This document shows positions 1-10,367 of a stretch of 64,000 nt of DNA, piece by piece. Under the pieces are notes generated by a model. That model saw only the letters and a list, made by a program, of their open reading frames with translations, searched no databases and was not told the DNA's origin. Source of the DNA: an uncultured Bacilli bacterium (lineage in GTDB: Bacteria > Bacillota_I > Bacilli_A > RF39 > UBA660); the NCBI GenBank assembly GCA_944372425.1, contig CALVZC010000006.1, positions 202-64,201 on the forward strand, read 5' to 3'. Both the position numbers and the translations under genes were made by a program. Numbering within the stretch: the first letter of the stretch is position 1; every line of letters starts with the position of its first letter.

Positions 1-5
1 GTTAT

Positions 6-425
6 ATGCAAAAAAAAGAAACAGTAGAACGCAAATGGTATGTAATTGATGCAGAGAATCAAGTTCTTGGACGTGTTGCAGCAAAAGCAGCACATATTCT
101 TCGTGGAAAACATAAATCAACTTACACTCCACATGTTGATTGTGGCGATAACATAATTATTATAAATGCAAATAAAGTTGTTTTAACTGGTAATAAACTT
201 GATGACAAAAAATATTATAATCATTCAATGTATCCAGGTGGACTAAGAATTAGAACTGCAAAAGTTATGAAAGAACAATATCCAGTAGAAATGGTTGAAA
301 GAGCTGTAAAAGGTATGTTGCCTCATACAAGGTTAGGACGTCAAATGTACAAGAAATTGTTTGTATATGCAGATAATAATCATCCACATATAGCACAAAA
401 GCCAGAAAAGTTGGAAATTAAATAG
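6..425 (+). CDS. rplM: 50S ribosomal protein L13
   Basis: 139-aa ORF with the KWYVIDA...LGR motif and length typical of L13. Confidence 0.97.
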   Translation: MQKKETVERKWYVIDAENQVLGRVAAKAAHILRGKHKSTYTPHVDCGDNIIIINANKVVLTGNKLDDKKYYNHSMYPGGLRIRTAKVMKEQYPVEMVERAVKGMLPHTRLGRQMYKKLFVYADNNHPHIAQKPEKLEIK

Positions 426-437
426 GGAGGTATAGGA

Positions 438-863
438 ATGGCAAAAAAAGAAAAAAACATTTATTACGGTACTGGTAGAAGAAAAGCTAGCATAGCTAAG
501 GTTAGATTAACTCCTGGTACTGGAAAAATTACAGTAAATGGAAGAGATGTTCATGAATATCTACCTTATGAGACTTTGATTATGAATTTGTCACAGCCAC
601 TTGAATTAACTAATACAAAAGAAATGTTCGATGTTGAAGTTAATGTTTATGGTGGTGGTTTTTCTGGGCAAACAGGTGCAATACGTTTAGGTATTTCCAA
701 AGCTTTGTTAGAATATGACTCAACAACTCCTAAAGATAGTGAAAATAGCTATCGTCGTATTTTAAAAGCTAATGGACTTATTACTAGAGATTCTAGAATA
801 AAGGAACGTAAAAAACCAGGATTGAAAAAAGCAAGACGTGCACCACAATTTTCAAAGCGTTAA
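438..863 (+). CDS. rpsI: 30S ribosomal protein S9
   Basis: 141 aa with a GGAGG RBS upstream. C-terminal [12 protein letters not shown] is the S9 signature. Confidence 0.97.
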   Translation: MAKKEKNIYYGTGRRKASIAKVRLTPGTGKITVNGRDVHEYLPYETLIMNLSQPLELTNTKEMFDVEVNVYGGGFSGQTGAIRLGISKALLEYDSTTPKDSENSYRRILKANGLITRDSRIKERKKPGLKKARRAPQFSKR

Positions 864-882
864 AATACTGTTTTACATTTCA

Positions 883-904
883 AACCCAATTTTGGGTTTT
901 TTTT
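883..904 (+). terminator. Intrinsic terminator after rpsI
   Basis: aaccca/tgggtt stem with a 4-nt loop, followed by a T-run. Confidence 0.6.
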
Positions 905-1166
905 AATATAAAAATGATAATTAAAAATTACGTTAAATTCTAAGTAAAGTGCACAATTATTAAAAAATAATTAGAAATGCTTAAATTACAATAGAAAATG
1001 CACAACTGAGCACAAGAAAAAGCAAGTAAATTCGATTAAATTATGACAATTTTAAGAAAAATATATTGTAAAACACATAACAAAAATAGGAATTTTTAAA
1101 ATTTACAAAAGTAATTGCACAATTCCTTTATTTATCTTTTTAATGCAATTTATTATATAATAAGTA

Positions 1167-1199
1167 AGCATTAAGTCAAGTTATCATTGACTTAATGCT
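1167..1199. repeat. Perfect 13-bp inverted repeat (agcattaagtcaa / ttgacttaatgct), 7-nt spacer
   Basis: Read directly. No T-run follows, so it is not a typical terminator. Confidence 0.8.
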
Positions 1200-1221
1200 A
1201 TGAAAATTGTAATAAGTGAAT

Positions 1222-1268
1222 AATTGTCAATGGTTAAAATAAACTCGCTTTGCTCGCCATTGACAATT
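1222..1268. repeat. Perfect 12-bp inverted repeat (aattgtcaatgg / ccattgacaatt), 23-nt spacer
   Basis: Read directly. Shares the TTGAC/GTCAA core with the neighbouring palindrome. Confidence 0.8.
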
Positions 1269-1359
1269 TAACAATTATAAGTCTTATTGCACAACTTCTG
1301 TGCACTTTCAAAAAAAATCAACGTTATATAAATAAATGATAAATTGTAATAAAAAAGGC

Positions 1360-1389
1360 TTGCTTTTATAATAAACTATATGATATAAT
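1360..1389 (+). promoter_or_regulatory. Sigma-A type promoter of the S10 operon
   Basis: -35 TTGCTT, 18-nt spacer, extended -10 TGaTATAAT. Confidence 0.6.
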
Positions 1390-1395
1390 TTAAAA

Positions 1396-1500
1396 CGTGT
1401 GGCTGCTTAGATGTGTGAGGTTGCTGATACGCCAGGCAAAGTTGCTAGGAATAATTCAGGTTATTTACACGGAGCAAGTCTATACGACGATATAGGCGAG
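1396..1500 (+). promoter_or_regulatory. Structured, GC-enriched 5' leader of rpsJ (candidate ribosomal-protein autoregulatory leader)
   Basis: About 105 nt, clearly GC-richer than the flanks, with complementary segments (ggctgc, gccagg, gttgct repeated). Lies between the promoter and the rpsJ RBS. Confidence 0.45.
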
Positions 1501-1513
1501 AGGAGGATTTAAT

Positions 1514-1819
1514 ATGTCAAATATTATTCGTATTAAATTAAAAGCATATGATCATAGAATTCTTGACAATGCTGCAACAAAAATAGTTGAAACTATTAAA
1601 AGAACTGGTGGAGTTATTAGTGGTCCAGTTCCACTTCCAACAGATGTTGAAAAATTTACTATTTTAAGAGCTGTTCATAAATATAAGGATTCGCGTGAAC
1701 AATTTGAAATGCGTACGCATAAGAGATTAATTGATGTTAAAAATCCAAGTAAGGAAGTTATTGATGCTTTAGCACATTTGGAACTTCCTAGTGGTGTTGA
1801 CATTCAAATTAAACAATAA
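1514..1819 (+). CDS. rpsJ: 30S ribosomal protein S10
   Basis: 101 aa. [10 protein letters not shown]...ISGPVPLPT is the S10 signature. Confidence 0.97.
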   Translation: MSNIIRIKLKAYDHRILDNAATKIVETIKRTGGVISGPVPLPTDVEKFTILRAVHKYKDSREQFEMRTHKRLIDVKNPSKEVIDALAHLELPSGVDIQIKQ

Positions 1820-1839
1820 TTTTAGTGGGAGGAAATGAA

Positions 1840-2568
1840 ATGAAAGGAATCTTAGGTAGAAAAATTGGTATGACTCAAGTTTTTACTAAAAATGGAAAGC
1901 TTGTACCAGTAACAGTAATAGAAGTAGAACCTAATGTTGTAACACAGATTAAAACTAAAGAAAAAGATGGTTATGACGCAATTCAATTGGGTGCTATTAC
2001 TGTTAAAGAAAAAAATTCAAATAAAGCAAAAATTGGTCATACAAAAAAAGCAAATACTACTCCTAAGCGCTTCTTAAAGGAACTTAGAGGAGTAAACGTT
2101 AATGATTATACTTTAGGTCAAGTGATATCAGTAGATTTGTTCAAAGAAGGAGAAATCGTCGATGTCAGTGGTATAAGTAAAGGAAAAGGTTTCCAAGGAG
2201 TTATTAAACGTTATAATCAAAGTCGTGGACCTATGGGACATGGTTCACAATATCATAGAGGTGTAGGTTCTCTTGGAACACTATTACCAATGCATGTATT
2301 AAAGGGAAAAAAATTACCAGGGCATATGGGTAATGTTGCAACGACAATTCAAAATTTGGAAGTTGTATCTGTTGATTTAGAAAATAATGTTATCTTAATT
2401 AAAGGTAATGTTCCTGGTCCAAAAAAATCTTTAGTTATGATTAAAACTTCTATAAAAAATGGTGAAAAGTCTAATGAAGCTCTTGAATTAATTTCTTATG
2501 AATTAGTTGAAGACAAAAATGATGATGCTGTTTTAGAAGAATCTAAAGAAGAAAACGTTGGAGAATAG
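1840..2568 (+). CDS. rplC: 50S ribosomal protein L3 with an acidic C-terminal extension
   Basis: [15 protein letters not shown] start, 7 nt after GGAGG. The 1825 GTG of the track is inside the RBS. About 30 extra acidic residues at the C-terminus. Confidence 0.95.
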   Translation: MKGILGRKIGMTQVFTKNGKLVPVTVIEVEPNVVTQIKTKEKDGYDAIQLGAITVKEKNSNKAKIGHTKKANTTPKRFLKELRGVNVNDYTLGQVISVDLFKEGEIVDVSGISKGKGFQGVIKRYNQSRGPMGHGSQYHRGVGSLGTLLPMHVLKGKKLPGHMGNVATTIQNLEVVSVDLENNVILIKGNVPGPKKSLVMIKTSIKNGEKSNEALELISYELVEDKNDDAVLEESKEENVGE

Positions 2569-2621
2569 TCGTCATAGTTAATTTTTATTTCGATTAAATA
2601 TGATGAAGGGAGGAATTATAG

Positions 2622-3242
2622 ATGACAAAGGTTGCACTTTTAAATATAAAAGGTGAAAAGATTGAAGATATTAAATTAAACGAAGATATTTTTGGTATAG
2701 AACCAAATAAAAAAGTTTTATATGATGCTATTATTTTGTCTCGTGCATCATTAAGACAAGGTACTCATAGCACTAAAACTCGTTCAGAAGTTAGTGGTGG
2801 AGGAAGAAAGCCTTGGAGACAAAAAGGTACTGGGCATGCACGTCAAGGATCTATTAGAGCTGTTCAATGGAGAGGTGGAGGAATTGCTTTTGGACCTGTT
2901 CCTAGAGACTACAGCAAGAAAATGAATCGCAAAGAACGCCGTCTTGCTCTTAAGAGTGCTGTTGCTAGTAAAATTAAAGATTTTGTTGTGGTAGATGAAT
3001 TAATTGCTGCTACACCAAAAACAAAAGATATGGTTAAAATTTTAACTGCATTAAACTTAAACAATGTAAATACATTGATTATTGTTAAGGAACTTGATGA
3101 AAATTTGATACTTGCATCTAGAAATATTTCAAATGTTTTATTAATAGAAGCTAGTGAAATAAATGTTTTAGATTTAGTTGCTGCTAATAAAGTTTTGATT
3201 ACTAAAGATGCATTAAGTTCTATAGAGGAGGTGCTAAAATAA
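2622..3242 (+). CDS. rplD: 50S ribosomal protein L4
   Basis: 206 aa with the [16 protein letters not shown]-like motif. Confidence 0.96.
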   Translation: MTKVALLNIKGEKIEDIKLNEDIFGIEPNKKVLYDAIILSRASLRQGTHSTKTRSEVSGGGRKPWRQKGTGHARQGSIRAVQWRGGGIAFGPVPRDYSKKMNRKERRLALKSAVASKIKDFVVVDELIAATPKTKDMVKILTALNLNNVNTLIIVKELDENLILASRNISNVLLIEASEINVLDLVAANKVLITKDALSSIEEVLK

Positions 3243-3243
3243 T

Positions 3244-3528
3244 ATGGATACAAAGTATTTAGAAATTATAAAAGCACCAATAGTTACTGAAAAAAGTTCA
3301 AAAATTACTCAAGAAGATGGTAAATATGTGTTTAAAGTAGATTCAAAAGCTACTAAAACTGAAATTAAAAATGCTATTGAGAAAATTTTTAAAGTTAAAG
3401 TAGAAGAAATTTCTACAATGAATATTAAGCCTAAGAAAAGAAGAGTTGGACGTTATGCTGGTGTTAGCAATAGAGCTAAGAAAGCTATTGTTAAATTAGC
3501 TGATGGTCAGACTATTGATCTTGGCTAG
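3244..3528 (+). CDS. rplW: 50S ribosomal protein L23
   Basis: 94 aa. Operon position and the [10 protein letters not shown] motif. Confidence 0.95.
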   Translation: MDTKYLEIIKAPIVTEKSSKITQEDGKYVFKVDSKATKTEIKNAIEKIFKVKVEEISTMNIKPKKRRVGRYAGVSNRAKKAIVKLADGQTIDLG

Positions 3529-3542
3529 AAGGAGGATTACTT

Positions 3543-4370
3543 ATGGCAATTAGAAATTATCAACCAACTACTAATGCAAGACGTAAGATGAGTTCTCTAG
3601 TTAATGAAGAAATTACTACAGATACTCCTGAAAAAAGTTTGTTAGTTAGTTTAAATAAAAATGGTGGTCGTAACAACCAAGGTAAAATTACTGTTAGACA
3701 TCATGGTGGCGGTGTTAAAAGAAAATATAGAATAATTGATTTTAAAAGAAATAAAAAGGATATTATTGGTAAAGTAGCTACTATTGAATACGATCCAAAT
3801 AGAAGTGCTAATATTGCTTTAATTAATTATGTTGATGGAGAAAAAAGATATATTATTGCACCAAAGGATTTAAAAGTTGGTATGGAAGTTATTTCATCTG
3901 ATAATGCTGATATTAAAGTTGGTAATGCACTTCCTTTAGTAAATATTCCGGTTGGTACAGTTGTTCACAATATTGAGCTTAAGCCTGGAAAAGGTGGAGA
4001 ACTTGCTAGAAGTGCAGGTTCTAGTGCTCAAATATTAGGTAGAGAAGGAAATTATGTTATGCTTCGTTTATCTAGTGGTGAGCAAAGAATGGTTTTAGGA
4101 ACTTGTTATGCGACTATTGGTGTTGTTGGAAACGAAGATTATGAATTAGTTAAGCTTGGTAAAGCTGGAAGAAAACGTCATTTAGGTATTAAACCTACAG
4201 TACGTGGTTCTGTTATGAATCCTAATGATCACCCACATGGTGGTGGAGAAGGTCGTGCTCCTGTTGGGCGTAAAGGTCCAGTTACACCTTGGGGTAAACC
4301 AGCTTTAGGTTATAAAACTAGAAAGAAAAAAGCATCAGATAAATTAATTGTGCGTCGTCGCAGTAAGTAG
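3543..4370 (+). CDS. rplB: 50S ribosomal protein L2
   Basis: 275 aa with the [13 protein letters not shown] motif. Confidence 0.98.
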   Translation: MAIRNYQPTTNARRKMSSLVNEEITTDTPEKSLLVSLNKNGGRNNQGKITVRHHGGGVKRKYRIIDFKRNKKDIIGKVATIEYDPNRSANIALINYVDGEKRYIIAPKDLKVGMEVISSDNADIKVGNALPLVNIPVGTVVHNIELKPGKGGELARSAGSSAQILGREGNYVMLRLSSGEQRMVLGTCYATIGVVGNEDYELVKLGKAGRKRHLGIKPTVRGSVMNPNDHPHGGGEGRAPVGRKGPVTPWGKPALGYKTRKKKASDKLIVRRRSK

Positions 4371-4384
4371 GAAGGAGATTATTT

Positions 4385-4654
4385 ATGGCAAGAAGTCTTA
4401 AAAAAGGTCCTTATGTATTTGAAAGATTATTAAATAAAGTAAGAGAACTAAATAAAAGTGGAAAAAAAGAAGTTATTAAAACTTGGTCACGTCGTTCTAC
4501 AATATATCCTGACTTTATAGGGCATACATTTGCAGTTCATAATGGTAAAGAATTTATTCCAGTATATGTTACAGAAGATATGGTAGGACATAAACTTGGA
4601 GAATTTGCCTTAACTCGTAAATTCGGTGGTCATGGCGAAAATAAAAATAAATAA
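4385..4654 (+). CDS. rpsS: 30S ribosomal protein S19
   Basis: 89 aa. [10 protein letters not shown]...HNGK motif. Confidence 0.97.
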   Translation: MARSLKKGPYVFERLLNKVRELNKSGKKEVIKTWSRRSTIYPDFIGHTFAVHNGKEFIPVYVTEDMVGHKLGEFALTRKFGGHGENKNK

Positions 4655-4672
4655 TGACTAGGAGGGAAAAAT

Positions 4673-5005
4673 ATGGAAGCTAAAGCAATTGCAAAATCTC
4701 TTAGAATATCACCTATTAAAGCAAGACTTGTTATTGACTTAATACGTGGTAAAGATGTTAATGTTGCATTAAATATATTGAATAATAGAAATAAAAAATC
4801 TAGTAAACTTATTCTTAAAGTTTTAAATTCGGCTATAGCAAATGCTGTTAACAATTTTAAATTGGATGAGAATAAGCTATACGTTAAAGAAGCTAGAGTA
4901 GATGCTGGTCCTGTTATGAAAAGACATATGTTTGATTCAAGAAGTCATATAGGACACAAAGATAGAAGAACTAGTCACATTGTTATAGTTGTGGCTGAAA
5001 AATAA
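4673..5005 (+). CDS. rplV: 50S ribosomal protein L22
   Basis: 110 aa. Operon position and the SPIKARLVIDLIRGK motif. Confidence 0.96.
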   Translation: MEAKAIAKSLRISPIKARLVIDLIRGKDVNVALNILNNRNKKSSKLILKVLNSAIANAVNNFKLDENKLYVKEARVDAGPVMKRHMFDSRSHIGHKDRRTSHIVIVVAEK

Positions 5006-5023
5006 TCTGATAAGGAGGTTAAT

Positions 5024-5677
5024 ATGGGACAAAAAGTTAGTCCAGTTGGACTTAGAATTGGAATTAACAGAAGTTGGGAAGCTAATTGGTATGCTAACAA
5101 AAAAGATTTTAGTAAGTATTTAGAGAATGATTTAAAAATTCGTAAGTTCCTAGAGAAAAAATTAAAAGATGCTGGTGTTAGTTCTATAGAAATTGAAAGA
5201 AATACAAAAAGATGCGAAGTTATAATTCATACTTCAAAGCCTGGTGTTATTATTGGAAAAGGTGGAGAAGAAATTGAAAATTTAAAAAGAGAGATTTCTA
5301 AATTAGTTAATGAAGATATTCAAATTTCAATCGTAGATATTAAAAAGCCTGATTTAGATGCTACTCTTGTTGCAAATAGTATTGCAGCTCAAATTGAAAA
5401 TCGTGCATCTTTTAGAATGGCTCAAAAGAAAGCTATTAGAAATGTTATGAAAGCTGGTGCTAAAGGAGTTAAAACTTTGGTTTCTGGTAGATTAAATGGT
5501 GCAGATATTGCACGTAGTGAAGGATATTCTGAGGGAACAATTCCATTACATACTTTGAGAGCTAATGTTGATTATGCTGTTAGTGAAGCTGATACTACTT
5601 TTGGTAAAATCGGTGTTAAAGTATGGATTTATAAAGGAGAAATTCTTCAAGATAAAAAGGCTAAAGGAGGTAATTAA
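5024..5677 (+). CDS. rpsC: 30S ribosomal protein S3
   Basis: 217 aa. [13 protein letters not shown] start with a KH domain. Confidence 0.97.
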   Translation: MGQKVSPVGLRIGINRSWEANWYANKKDFSKYLENDLKIRKFLEKKLKDAGVSSIEIERNTKRCEVIIHTSKPGVIIGKGGEEIENLKREISKLVNEDIQISIVDIKKPDLDATLVANSIAAQIENRASFRMAQKKAIRNVMKAGAKGVKTLVSGRLNGADIARSEGYSEGTIPLHTLRANVDYAVSEADTTFGKIGVKVWIYKGEILQDKKAKGGN

Positions 5678-5679
5678 TT

Positions 5680-6111
5680 ATGTTAATACCATCAAGAACT
5701 AAATATCGTCGTGTACATAGATTACCTTATGAAGGTCATTCAAAGGGTAATACTGAATTGCACAATGGTCAATATGGTTTAATGGCAGTAGAAGGTGCTT
5801 GGATTACTGCTAATCAAATTGAAGCAGCACGTGTTGCTATGACACGTTATATGAAACGTGGTGGAAAAGTATTTATTAATATTTTCCCACATATGCCTTT
5901 AACTAAAAAGCCACTTGGTACACGTCAAGGAAAAGGTAAAGGTAATGTAGAAGCTTGGGTAGCTGTAGTTAAGTCTGGTAAAATCATGTTTGAAGTATCA
6001 GATGTTACTGAAGAAGTTGCAAGAGAAGCATTACGTCTTGCATCACATAAACTACCAATCAAGACTAAGTTTGTGAGTAAAGAAAATGGTGGTGATATAA
6101 ATGAAGGTTAA
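5680..6111 (+). CDS. rplP: 50S ribosomal protein L16
   Basis: 143 aa. [11 protein letters not shown] start. Confidence 0.97.
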   Translation: MLIPSRTKYRRVHRLPYEGHSKGNTELHNGQYGLMAVEGAWITANQIEAARVAMTRYMKRGGKVFINIFPHMPLTKKPLGTRQGKGKGNVEAWVAVVKSGKIMFEVSDVTEEVAREALRLASHKLPIKTKFVSKENGGDINEG

Positions 6112-6301
6112 TGAAATTAGAAATCTAACCACTGAAGAAATTATTGCTAAAATCAAAGAAACAAAAGAAGAATTATTTAATTTACGTTTTCAACAAGCAA
6201 CTGGTAATTTAGAAAAACCTTCAAGAATCAGAGAATTAAGACATCTTGTTGCAAGACTTAAAACAGTACTTCGTGAAAGAGAATTAAATGAGACTGAATA
6301 G
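6101..6301 (+). CDS. rpmC: 50S ribosomal protein L29
   Basis: 66 aa. ELFNLRFQ motif, overlaps the rplP end. Confidence 0.95.
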   Translation: MKVNEIRNLTTEEIIAKIKETKEELFNLRFQQATGNLEKPSRIRELRHLVARLKTVLRERELNETE

Positions 6302-6309
6302 GAGGGTAT

Positions 6310-6567
6310 ATGGAAAAGACAAATAGAGAATTAGTTGGAAAAGTTGTAAGTTCTGTAAATAATAAAACAATAACTGTATTAGTTGAGACTTATAAAAAAC
6401 ATCCATTATATGGTAAAAGAGTTAAGTCTTCAAAAAAATATGCAGTTCATGATGAAAGCAATAAAGCAAAAGTAGGAGACGTAGTTAGAATTGTTGAAAC
6501 TAAGCCAATTTCTAAAACTAAAAGATTCTACTTAAAAGAAATAGTAAAGGAAGCAGTTATTTTATAA
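6310..6567 (+). CDS. rpsQ: 30S ribosomal protein S17
   Basis: 85 aa. Operon position and the KTITVLVE...HPLYGK motif. Confidence 0.95.
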   Translation: MEKTNRELVGKVVSSVNNKTITVLVETYKKHPLYGKRVKSSKKYAVHDESNKAKVGDVVRIVETKPISKTKRFYLKEIVKEAVIL

Positions 6568-6591
6568 CTCTTAGGTGAAGGAGGATTAATT

Positions 6592-6960
6592 ATGATTCAA
6601 CAAGAAAGTCGTTTGAAAGTTGCTGACAATTCAGGTGCTAGAGAATTATTAGTAATTAGAGTACTTGGTGGAAGCAAAGTTAAAACTGGTAATATCGGTG
6701 ACATAGTTGTTGGTACGATTAAAAATGCCACACCTAATGGAACTGTAAAAAAAGGAAAAGTTGTTAAAGCTGTAATTGTTAGAACAACATTTGGATTAAG
6801 AAGAGAAGATGGTTCTTATATTAAATTTGATGATAATGCTTGTGTTATTATTAAAGATGATAAGAGTCCAGTAGGAACTCGTATTTTTGGCCCTGTAGCT
6901 AGAGAACTTCGTGATAAAGATTTTATGAAGATTGTATCACTAGCTAAGGAAGTACTATAG
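6592..6960 (+). CDS. rplN: 50S ribosomal protein L14
   Basis: 122 aa. [16 protein letters not shown] start. Confidence 0.98.
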   Translation: MIQQESRLKVADNSGARELLVIRVLGGSKVKTGNIGDIVVGTIKNATPNGTVKKGKVVKAVIVRTTFGLRREDGSYIKFDDNACVIIKDDKSPVGTRIFGPVARELRDKDFMKIVSLAKEVL

Positions 6961-6969
6961 GAGGATATT

Positions 6970-7275
6970 ATGAACTTAAAAGTAGGAGATAAAGTTATAG
7001 TAATTGCTGGATCTAGTAAGGGTAAAGAAGGTAAGATTACAAAAGTTTTAAGAGCTGAAAATAGAGTTATAGTTGAAGGATGCAATATAGTTAAAAAACA
7101 TAAAAAAGGTAATGGGCAAGAAACAGGAGGTATTCTTGAAACTGAAGCTCCAATTCATGCTTCTAACGTTATGATTATTGACCCTAAGACTAAAAAGAGA
7201 ACTAGAATAGGGCATACTATAGAAAAAGATAAGAAAGTTAGAGTAGCTAAGAAATCTAACGAAAAGATTGATTAG
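6970..7275 (+). CDS. rplX: 50S ribosomal protein L24
   Basis: 101 aa. KVGDKV...G.KGK KOW motif. Confidence 0.95.
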   Translation: MNLKVGDKVIVIAGSSKGKEGKITKVLRAENRVIVEGCNIVKKHKKGNGQETGGILETEAPIHASNVMIIDPKTKKRTRIGHTIEKDKKVRVAKKSNEKID

Positions 7276-7294
7276 TGAAAGGAGGGATTAATTT

Positions 7295-7834
7295 ATGAAC
7301 CGCCTAAAAGAAAAATATTTAAATGAAATCATTCCAAGTTTAATGAAAAAACATAATTATAAAACTGTTATGGAAGTTCCTAAGTTAGAGAAAATCGTTA
7401 TTAATATGGGTGTTGGTGATGCTACTGGTAATTCTAAATTATTAGATGCAGCAGTAAAAGATCTTGAAGTTATTTCAGGACAAAAACCAGTTGTTACAAA
7501 AGCAAAAAAGTCTATTGCTGGATTTAAAGTAAGAGAAGGTCAATCAATCGGTTGTAAGGTTACTTTAAGAGGTGACAATATGTATAACTTTATGGATAAG
7601 TTAGTTTCAATTGGTTTACCTCGTGTTCGTGATTTTAGAGGTGTTTCACCTAAAGCTTTTGATGGTAGAGGTAATTACACTTTGGGAATTAAGGAACAAT
7701 TAATATTTTCAGAAATAGAATATGATAATGTTGTTAAAGTACGTGGAATGGATATTGTATTTGTAACAACTGCAAAATCTAATGAAGAAGCTTATGATTT
7801 ATTAAGTGAACTTGGAATTCCATTTAGAAAGTAA
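7295..7834 (+). CDS. rplE: 50S ribosomal protein L5
   Basis: 179 aa. MNRLKEKY start and operon position. Confidence 0.97.
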   Translation: MNRLKEKYLNEIIPSLMKKHNYKTVMEVPKLEKIVINMGVGDATGNSKLLDAAVKDLEVISGQKPVVTKAKKSIAGFKVREGQSIGCKVTLRGDNMYNFMDKLVSIGLPRVRDFRGVSPKAFDGRGNYTLGIKEQLIFSEIEYDNVVKVRGMDIVFVTTAKSNEEAYDLLSELGIPFRK

Positions 7835-7848
7835 TTGGAGGGTAAATA

Positions 7849-8034
7849 ATGGCAAAAAAAAGTATGATTGTTAAAGCTAATAAAAAGCAAAAGTTTAAAG
7901 TTCGTGAATATACTCGTTGCAAAAGATGTGGTAGACCTCATGCAGTTATGAGTAAATTTGGAATATGCCGTATTTGCTTTAGAGAATTAGCTTATAAAGG
8001 ACAAATACCAGGAATTAAGAAATCAAGCTGGTAA
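7849..8034 (+). CDS. rpsN: 30S ribosomal protein S14, short zinc-binding (type Z) form
   Basis: 61 aa with CKRCGR...CRICF (CxxC...CxxC). Confidence 0.96.
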   Translation: MAKKSMIVKANKKQKFKVREYTRCKRCGRPHAVMSKFGICRICFRELAYKGQIPGIKKSSW

Positions 8035-8054
8035 TTGGGAAGGAGGATTTTATT

Positions 8055-8456
8055 ATGGCTGTAGTAACTGATACAATTGCAGATATGTTAACACGTATTC
8101 GTAATGCAAATTCAATGGGTTATGCTGAAGTAACCATTCCTGCTTCTAAATTAAAAATAGAAATGGCAAAAATTTTAAAAGAAGAAGGATTTATTAAAGA
8201 CTATAAAGTTTCTAGTGAAAATGTTCAAAAGACTATTGAATTGACACTTAAATATGGAAATAAAAAAGAAAGAGTAATTACTGGATTGAAGCGTATTTCT
8301 AAACCAGGATTAAGAGTTTATGTTAAGAGTGATGAAGTGCCAAAAGTATTGAATGGATTAGGAATAGCAATTATTTCTACATCAAAAGGTATTATGACAG
8401 ACAAAGAAGCTCGTAAACAAAATCTTGGTGGAGAAGTTTTAGCTTATATTTGGTAA
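8055..8456 (+). CDS. rpsH: 30S ribosomal protein S8
   Basis: 133 aa. [13 protein letters not shown] motif. Confidence 0.97.
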   Translation: MAVVTDTIADMLTRIRNANSMGYAEVTIPASKLKIEMAKILKEEGFIKDYKVSSENVQKTIELTLKYGNKKERVITGLKRISKPGLRVYVKSDEVPKVLNGLGIAIISTSKGIMTDKEARKQNLGGEVLAYIW

Positions 8457-8480
8457 TCTGTAAAGTAAGGAGGCCTTGAA

Positions 8481-9011
8481 ATGAGTCGTATAGGAAATAG
8501 AAAAATTGAAATACCTAGTGGTGTTACAATTACTGAAGAAAATGGAATAGTAAAAGTTATTGGACCTAAGGGTGAACTTACTACTAGTTTAGTAAATGGT
8601 ATTACTGTTAATATAGAGAATAATACTATAGAAGTTTTAAGAAATAATGATAATTTTAAACCAATGCATGGAACAATTAATGCTAATATCAATAATATGA
8701 TATTAGGTGTTACTAAAGGTTTTGAAAAAGCTTTAGAGATTGTTGGTGTAGGTTATCGTTTTTCTCAAAAAGGAAATGTACTAGTTATTAGTGCTGGATA
8801 TTCTCATCCAGTTGAAATGCAAATTCCTAATGGTATTACAATTGAGTTACCTAGTAATACAGAACTTACTATAAGAGGTATCGATAAAGAAAAAGTTGGA
8901 GAATTTGCAGCAAATGTTAGAAAAGTTAGACAACCTGAACCTTATAAAGGAAAAGGTATTCGTTATAAAGACGAACACATTATTCGTAAGGAAGGTAAAA
9001 AAGCTGCTTAA
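8481..9011 (+). CDS. rplF: 50S ribosomal protein L6
   Basis: 176 aa. MSRIGNRKIEIP start. Confidence 0.97.
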   Translation: MSRIGNRKIEIPSGVTITEENGIVKVIGPKGELTTSLVNGITVNIENNTIEVLRNNDNFKPMHGTINANINNMILGVTKGFEKALEIVGVGYRFSQKGNVLVISAGYSHPVEMQIPNGITIELPSNTELTIRGIDKEKVGEFAANVRKVRQPEPYKGKGIRYKDEHIIRKEGKKAA

Positions 9012-9036
9012 AATATAAGATAAGGAGAAGTTACTT

Positions 9037-9399
9037 ATGATTAAGAAAGAATCAAGAAATGCTATGCGTGTTGAAAGACACAAAAGAGTAAGAAAAGATG
9101 TACATGGTACAAGTGCTGTTCCAAGACTTAATGTGTTTAGATCAAATTCAAATATTTTTGCACAAATTATTGATGATGAATCTGGTACTACAATAGTTAG
9201 TGCTTCATCACTTGACAAAGATCTAAAATTAACTAATGGAAGTAATGTAGAAGCTGCAAGTAAAGTTGGTGCAAAAATTGCAGAAGAAGCAAAAAAAGCA
9301 AATATTAAAAAAATTGTGTTTGATAGAGGTGGATATCTTTATCATGGACGTGTTAAAGCTTTGGCAGAAGCAGCACGTGAAAATGGTTTAGAATTCTAG
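9037..9399 (+). CDS. rplR: 50S ribosomal protein L18
   Basis: 120 aa. PRLNVFRSN...[16 protein letters not shown] motif. Confidence 0.97.
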   Translation: MIKKESRNAMRVERHKRVRKDVHGTSAVPRLNVFRSNSNIFAQIIDDESGTTIVSASSLDKDLKLTNGSNVEAASKVGAKIAEEAKKANIKKIVFDRGGYLYHGRVKALAEAARENGLEF

Positions 9400-9413
9400 A
9401 AGGAGGGTAATTT

Positions 9414-9923
9414 ATGCAAAATAAAAATAATGACCCAAAAGCAAAAACTTTAGAAGAACAAGTTGTTGAAATTAAGAGTGTTGTTAAAGTTAATAAAGGT
9501 GGTAGGCAAAGAAGATTTTCTGCTACTGTTGTTGTTGGGGATAGACATGGTCAAGTTGGACTAGGAATGGGAAAAGCAAATGAAGTACCAGATGCTATAA
9601 AGAAAGCTATTCAAGATGCTAACAAAAATTTAATTAAAGTACCTTTAACTGAAGACAGAACAATTGCTTATGAAGTTGTAGGAACAAGAGGAGCTGCTAA
9701 AGTTTTATTAAGACCTGCTTCTGCTGGTACAGGTGTTATTGCTGGTGGAGCTGTAAGAGCTGTTCTTGAACTTGCTGGTATTCGTGATATTTTATCTAAA
9801 TCACTTGGAGCTAGAACTAAAAATAATATGGCTAATGCTACACTTGATGCTTTAAAGCAAATTAAAACACCTGAACATATTGCTAAACTAAGAGGAAAAA
9901 CAGTAGAGGAGATTTTAGGATAA
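9414..9923 (+). CDS. rpsE: 30S ribosomal protein S5
   Basis: 169 aa. [10 protein letters not shown]...[10 protein letters not shown] motif. Confidence 0.97.
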   Translation: MQNKNNDPKAKTLEEQVVEIKSVVKVNKGGRQRRFSATVVVGDRHGQVGLGMGKANEVPDAIKKAIQDANKNLIKVPLTEDRTIAYEVVGTRGAAKVLLRPASAGTGVIAGGAVRAVLELAGIRDILSKSLGARTKNNMANATLDALKQIKTPEHIAKLRGKTVEEILG

Positions 9924-10366
9924 TGAAATTACATGAATTAGAAAAAAATATTGGAGCTACTCATAAAAGAAAAATAGTTGGTCGTGGTAGAGGTTCAGGT
10001 TTAGGTAAAACAAGTGGTAAAGGTCATAAAGGACAAAATGCTAGAAGTGGTGGAGGAGTAAGAGCTATATTTGAAGGTGGACAAACACCATTATATAGAC
10101 GCCTTCCAAAAAGAGGATTTAATAATTATGAATTTGCAATTAAATATGCAGTTATTAATGTTGGTGATTTAAATAGATTTGAAGATGGTACTGTTGTATC
10201 TCCTGCTTTATTGAAGGAAGTAGGGTTAGTAAAAAAACAACTTGATGGAATTAAAGTTTTAGGGAATGGAATTCTTGAAAAGAAATTAACTATTCAAGCT
10301 AATAAGTTTTCAAAGACAGCATTAGAAAAAATAGAAACGTCAGGAAGTAAATTCGAGGTGATGTAA
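9923..10366 (+). CDS. rplO: 50S ribosomal protein L15
   Basis: 147 aa. [19 protein letters not shown] motif. Its start overlaps the rpsE stop (TAATG), leaving no room for rpmD. Confidence 0.97.
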   Translation: MKLHELEKNIGATHKRKIVGRGRGSGLGKTSGKGHKGQNARSGGGVRAIFEGGQTPLYRRLPKRGFNNYEFAIKYAVINVGDLNRFEDGTVVSPALLKEVGLVKKQLDGIKVLGNGILEKKLTIQANKFSKTALEKIETSGSKFEVM

Positions 10367-10367
10367 T

